This document shows positions 41,507-64,000 of a stretch of DNA of 64,000 nt, piece after piece. Where the stretch lies: positions 558,001-622,000 of the forward strand of contig NC_134036.1 of the NCBI RefSeq assembly GCF_964204645.1, written 5' to 3'. The DNA comes from Tubulanus polymorphus (Eukaryota > Animalia > Nemertea). Within the stretch, counting starts at the first letter, position 1. Each line of letters starts with the position of its first letter. A program made the translations under genes and the position numbers. The notes below the pieces were generated by a model that saw only the letters and a list, made by a program, of their open reading frames with translations, was not told where the DNA came from and ran no database searches.

Positions 41507-42519
41507 GTTAGACAATCGTCGCTATCGGCAACACAACGCACAATCTGTCATCGTCGTCGTCGTCAGCGTCCTTCACAACGGTCTCTAACGATGCCGTAGC
41601 AACCGTCGTTAAGTAAGGCATGTGCGGCTCTATTTTTGATTATTCAAGCGTGCACTAGGTGGCGCTACGTAGATTAGCAGTTTGTTTTTCACCTCAGTCT
41701 TTTAGAGACACAGATAGTTATTGGGGGTAGTTACTTTTAGAGAATGAGACCAGTTAATCATTACTGTTAGAATTACTGGACTACTCTCTAGGGGTAGTTA
41801 TTATTGACTAGTCTCTTGGGGTAGTTATTATTGACTAGTCCCGGGGGGTAGTTACTCTAGTCTCTATTCTCACTGTAGACTAGTCTCTAGGGAACTAGTG
41901 TCAAGAGTTCCTTCGGTGGCTGATTTTCACGATGGTCTTAATAGTACGGCATGTTCACCATATTAATTTATTCATGTTAGTTATAGGAGAACAGTCAAAC
42001 AAAGCTGAAGTCTTCCTTGAGTCGTCAAAATACTGAATCTCTTTGCTGAGTCCCTATTGAAGTTTGGAATTCTAATTCCTAACTTAGTCATCATTTGAAT
42101 AAGTCAATTCGACGACTTTAATCAGCGGCTAGTTTGACTGTATCAATCAGTAATAACCTTCCTCTGTTTCAGAATCAATTCAATCAATTATACCCGATAT
42201 GTACAGTGTATTGAGACAGCGTATTCAATAGCCTTTAATACAGCTATTTCTTAATGATACTTGGCGTTATAAATTCTTTATTCGTCCGAATGAGTTGAAC
42301 AGTGTCTTTAACGGAAACCTGGGACACTTGACAACTTGTTAACTTACCTTTGTTCCGTTCTCTGCTCTCTGACGGAGGTACCTTCCATGATTCTCTGCTC
42401 CCTGGTGGAGGTGCTCGTAATTCTCTTACACCTATTAATAACCTCTGCCGTACGTACATACACTGCTTACCCTATCCCTACCTCTCTATATATCTCATCT
42501 CTGATTCTATTCCTATTGA

Positions 42520-42553
<34 letters not shown>

Positions 42554-42907
42554 CTCCGTCCGTCGGGAGAGTAGTGGTGGTTGTGTATTAGGCTAACGAG
42601 TTCTAGGTAGGTAATGATTTGGTATAGTTATTAATTTTCCAGAATTTGCGCCATCATAGAACACGTTTAGGAATCTGGTTTTATGGTTTTCTCAAATTTA
42701 AACTCACAGTTATATAGGTGCAAGGTGTCCCTTCCCCATACCATGCACCTATGATGTAACTATCAGTTTAGGGAATGAAATTGATGCTTTCATTTTAGCT
42801 ACAGAACTCAGTTTTGCGAAAAAGGTCCGGCTTTTAATTCGATTTCATTAATTCATTTATAACGTCATTCATTATTGATTTAAGAGTGGAACCTTTTTCT
42901 CTAAAAC

Positions 42908-43018
42908 AGGGCCCAGTTTTACAAAAAGGATTAAAGCCTATATCGATTTAAGATAAACTGAATTAATGAAGAAATTAAACCGATTTAAGAGTTAGACCTT
43001 TTTGTGAAACTGTGCCCT
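42908..43018. mobile_element. ~110-bp MITE (family 2); second copy at about 23539-23651
   Basis: TIR cagggcccagttt(c/t)acaaaaa ... tttttgtgaaactg(g/t)gccctg with near-identical interior in both copies. Confidence 0.8.
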
Positions 43019-43434
43019 GGGCTGTGAGATTGAAGATTTAGATCTGACTCGCCGGGTCTTTTTATTTCTGTCCTAGACTAGGACCACCCCTCCCCCTAAT
43101 CTAAATAGGACTATATCTGTGTGAGCTCGGAGTAATCATCTGTCAAATGATTGCTCCAAGCTGTGAGTTAGAGTTTAAATTAGTTCATTAGCTCACGAGT
43201 CAAATCTGGACTATCAGGGGCTGCAGTTGCTGAAAAGTTGGTTCAGTGGACTTAACCAGTGGATAGCTGACATAGTGACAATTGAAAGTTACAACGTTAC
43301 CAATCCGCTGTATCTTTAAACAACTTTCTAACAACCACTGCCCCTGAACTGTGGAACTGGATCCTATCTGCCTTAATTGATCAAACTCTTAATTATTAAT
43401 CGAACTAATTATCGTTTCGTCTGGTTTTTTTTAG

Positions 43435-59523
<16,089 letters not shown>

Positions 59524-60427
59524 ATATATCAAATTAAATTAATTAATTAAAAATTAAAAACATTTCAGAATCGATGATGATTAGATAATTAATTATTTAA
59601 ATTAATTTAGTTAAATCAAGATCAATGTCTTTATTGTTATAAACCTTTAGCACATACATATAAATATATATATATATATATAAACATATACACGAGTGCT
59701 CAGAACAGCGAGTCAACTTTTCAGTTTAACTATTCTAGTGAGTAAAAGTCAAAGTTTTGTAAAAATAAAAAAAATAGTTCGGTCCTTTAGAACGACGCTT
59801 TTACCCAGCAGCGCACGCGCGCGCGTGTGTGTGTGCCCGCGACCTTGTGGCGATCGTAAAGCATTTATTCATAATAAGTGAAGGTCACGTGGAGCTGTAT
59901 CTAACGAATAACAATCAAATGTATATTAGTGATAATTATTGATTTATTAATCCCTCGTTTCGTTTGTTAGTAACAGTTAGAAAGCGTCGTGCCCACCAAA
60001 TTGTATTTTGTATAGCTCATCATTATATTCCATCGTTTAGCAACTTATAGATGGCGCTACCGTATCTAAGGATGGACTGGCTCAGTTCGATGGTGTAGTT
60101 TACTCGTGTGACTATAGGGCGGCGATATTAAGGGTCACAATTATCGTTAAAACCCCGTAACGATCTCAGAACTTTTTGCTTTATTTAATTTTCGATTTAA
60201 AAAATTGGGCGCCAATTTTCATCGATGATCAGCTTCAAGATATGCATGAAAATAGATAATAACAAAAGGATGTTTGTCATCCCTCGAAACTGCATTAGAC
60301 TTAACCGCTTATATAGACTATGTATTATGATAATATGTACCGATAGGGGTGATAGTTTGTTGAACTAACTGTGATTACTCCGTGTGAAAATTGAATAGTT
60401 AGCTTAAACTTCTAAAACTCAAAGTGC

Positions 60428-60433
60428 AATAAA
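60428..60433 (+). terminator. Candidate PK polyadenylation signal
   Basis: AATAAA about 900 nt after the stop with T-rich sequence downstream. Confidence 0.35.
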
Positions 60434-60794
60434 CATTTTGAGACCGGTTTTTGATATAGTATTACTTATCGATATAGTTATAAACTTGAAGACAAAGATT
60501 TTGTTGAATTTATTTGTGCTATGATTTGGTAACAGGCAAAAAATGTCCTTGAAATTTGTATTCTTTCTCAAACTTATCCGTAGTAGTCATTTCAATTTAC
60601 TAAGAATAAATTTAGTTACATTGTAACTGGATATAGTGTAGTAACATTGTTTCTTGAATGACGTTGTAACATTGTCAGATACAACGTTTTTTTCTGTTGC
60701 TAATTATTTGAAATGTCTTTCCTGTGTAGAGGCTGACTGACTGTGCGTTTGTAAATATTGTAGAAAATGTCGATTTAGTTTTTGAGTTATAATT

Positions 60795-60928
60795 CAGGGG
60801 CCAGTTGCTCAAAAATATGGCTAAAAATAACCAGTTGATAGATACCATAGCTACAATGAACTTTTAATTGTAGCTATGTCAACTATCCACTGGTTAACTC
60901 TAAACAACCTTTGAGTAACTGGCCCCAG
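60795..60928. mobile_element. ~130-bp MITE (family 4); relatives near 7135-7214, 43216-43346 and 55343-55473
   Basis: TIR gggg(c/ct)cagttgctcaaaa ... tttgag(t/c)aactggcccc; internal atccactggttaac. Confidence 0.75.
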
Positions 60929-63900
60929 GTTCTCGTTATTTTTCACACTTGTTAAAAAACGTTTAGAGCATATCACAGATCAGCACACCAACATAACTAA
61001 CTAATGTAGTTCATATTATTGTTTGAAATCCGAACATAAAAACCATTGAAACTAAAGACTTAATCGATTAACCATAAAAGGATTTAACAAAATGTTTGAA
61101 ACATTTTACATGGCATGTTTACATTGTTTATCATCTCGGCCAATAGGCGGCGCGCGCATCGATGAAATACGCGGTAGTCAAAGTAACGAAAAAATATGAA
61201 TAAATTGTTCGGTGAATTTGAATATAGTCTCTACGGTTGCTATAACCATGGTTACCTGATATTGTTTTTTATCCAGTCAGACTCTGTTGTTAGCTATTTT
61301 GACAATAAAAAAGTTGGAAGAAATTTACAAAAAAAAACGTAACTGGTTATGGTGCATTTCGTTGAGTTTCAGGCTTTTCCGATTTGGATTTGTTTTATTT
61401 CCCTAGACACATCCCTCTCGAGGATATACCCCTTTGGATGAATTTTTTAAAATACGCGCTAATCTTTGAGGAACCCTGGACAAAATACGAGGCCGCCCGC
61501 GCTTGATGCTTATCACGTGAACGCATCGAGGCTCTCGCTACTACGCGCACCTGTTTCGCGCACCTGTCTCGGCAGAGAAAGACTTCGCACGTATCGATAC
61601 AAAATTTCGCGTCATTTAGCAGTTTTAGTTTGAGACAAACAAAAACGATCGAAAAGGCAACTAGCTGGTCGCACCAGCCTGTCCGGTCGAAGACTCGATA
61701 TTGCGATCAGAGATTTTGATATCTACATTGCATAATCTTTTGGCTAATTCTAAATATGACCTCGTTAACTAATGACCTTTTCGAAGTGACTTTTAACTTT
61801 CGTGTGGCCGCCCACTCGGGAGGTCAAGTTATGCCTGGCGATTGCGCTGTAAGTTCTGAATGGCCTCATCACAAAAAACCACAAGGCCCACTGTCTGTCT
61901 ACCCTCCCCATGATTCGCAATAGAAATCATCATCATCATCCTGGTTCTTTATAAAGGAGCGTGGTGTTGAGCTGCTATCGCATGGCTCTCGCAATAGTTC
62001 CTAGAGGGGGATATGCGCTATTGCTGTGTGCATAATTCCAGATAGACGACACTAGAAATGTTCTGGTTCTCCTATCTCATAGTGCATTGAAATATCTAGG
62101 CAATGGCGGGCTTCATTTTCTGGCGGCGGCAAGGCGACTTACTTACGAGTTTCGGTGCGGGCTTAATCGACGGCCGATATTTGAAACAAACAGCGGGCTT
62201 CGATCACCGCAATCTAAATAATTCGGATTCGTTGGAATTTTCAATAAAAATGAGCGATAATCGGTCGAAACGGGGTCTCGAATCCGGCCGATCCGAGCCG
62301 ACCCTCGATCGCCAGATCTGACCGAGTGGGAACGTTTTCGAACATGAGAAACGTTGTTCTAAGTAGTAGAGGCCGTTTCGGTGAGTATTTCGACTGGAAA
62401 TTGTGTTTTCCTACGCTGTATTTTAGTTGCATTTATTTTGCTCTTTGTCTGACATTTATATATTTCAACATGGAGTCGGGAGGTGCGCGATCACGTGACC
62501 GTCGTCGTCTGAATAAATTAGGTCAACCGACTTAGTATTTAACGATCGGCGCGCGCACCTGCAGTGTGGTTGACTGAGAAAATTCCAGTTGACTTCTGAT
62601 GTCGCGTAAAGAGCATTCATTTAAAAAAATGAAAAAGAGGGGAAAAAAACGAAAAAAGTTGAAGCGAAATTTGCGAGAAAAAGCCGAACACATTTTGAAG
62701 AATTCCGTGTTTCAATTTGAAAATTGCAGTTAGAAATGCGATTTAAACATCTAGTTAAATGCGGATTTCACTGATGACGATTATTAAAACCCTTTTTGTT
62801 GAATGGAAAAAAGAAAATTTGGTTGAACCTAGTTAAGAAAAAAGACCTCGCACGAAACTTGAATTTTAATTATGTTCGATGATTTAATTATTCATTTTAA
62901 TTAGTCCATTAGTTAAATTAGTTTTCGTAGATAATTTTGATACCATAAAAATGCTTACAATTCATTTTCTAAGGCCCTCAATTCGCCCGAGAAACCCTAA
63001 TTTAAAGAGCGCTCAGTTTTCGCGCCAGTCCGCAGCTAGAATACCTACGTCATTTCGGTAAACTTCCCGGCTCGATCTGTCATTGGTCGGTTTGAACTCG
63101 CGGACTGGCGAACGGTTTCTAACTCGATGATTGGTCGATTCGAACCGGTGCGCGTTCATGAATATTAATGAGTAGCGCGTCGGCAGGGGTGTCGGGTATT
63201 GAGTGAATAGAGTATACCCCTTATCCCGGGTTGTGTAGAGAGTATACACAGTGTACCGGTTCAGTTCGATTCTAACTCAAGCTACCGCTCTTGTTCGAGG
63301 CTTCATCTAAGTTGGATATTCAAGTTACAGCTACAGTTCAAAACGCCTAAATGACTTCTGTGATGGAAACGCGAATTAGTTTAGAGTGTAGGGGTAAAAA
63401 GGCTGATCAGGTAGGCTTCAGATTTACATTTAAACCGTTTAAATTTCACGTGTGCAACATAGCATCGCTTCATCACTGGCTGGGGTAGGGTTAGAATGGG
63501 CCCGATTCGGGACCCAAAAACGAGCTGCCCCAGTGCTCGCAGCACCGGGCAAATGTGCCCAACCGTTCGGACTGGTTATTAGCTCCACGTTTCAATAATT
63601 GGCACGAATTTTCGATCCGAATCGATCAAGATATGAACCATATTTTGATCGGGATTTTTCCTGGCATCGTCCCAAGATGTGTCCGTCCCTGACTCCTCGG
63701 AAGATGGCCATGTTGTTTAGTGACCTGTTGTTCGAAGTTAAAACGTTTTATAGATGTATTTTACGTGGTATCTACGACATTTTCACCTTAGGAAAACATC
63801 AGTGTTTTGAAATAGATTTTGTCAGGTGTCAGAAATTAAGAAGTTATAGGAATTTGTACAGTATTTGTGACTTGTATGTGGTTGGTTTTGTGAAGTCAAA

Positions 63901-64000
63901 TATGACGAATTGTTTTTCTTTGTGTCGATTGTTTTAGGTCATTTTCTTCTCAAAGATATGCATTTAGTTGCTTCAACTTTCCCTAGACATTTAGCAATAA

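Noticed and set aside
61100-64000. CpG-rich promoter-like region with short ORFs
   Set aside because: No recognisable protein or consistent exon chain; may be the 5' region of a gene outside the window.

Overview
Intron-rich, AT-rich eukaryotic DNA from an invertebrate bilaterian (taxon inferred, possibly lophotrochozoan). Four spliced genes were reconstructed by hand from GT-AG sites and frame continuity: an RFX5/RFX7-type transcription factor (+, 5'-partial, 4450-10165), MNS1 (-, 15143-18899, 497 aa), POC5 (-, 21905-26745, 590 aa), and a pyruvate kinase locus (+, core 43435-59523, with candidate 5' exons back to about 27-31 kb). The pyruvate kinase (PK) locus is the highlight. It carries four intact tandem paralogues of the exon equivalent to the vertebrate PKM1/PKM2 mutually exclusive exon 9/10 (51652-51818, 53606-53775, 54090-54259, 54575-54744). 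It also has two paralogous versions of the first catalytic exon, one with the liver-PK PKA site LRRAS and one without, several phase-compatible alternative N-terminal exons, and a candidate frame-preserving cassette exon next to the FBP-binding region. Together these suggest a combinatorial isoform system from a single glycolytic gene. Introns contain many minisatellites and short TIR-bearing MITEs. All splice forms are predictions from sequence; no transcript data were available.
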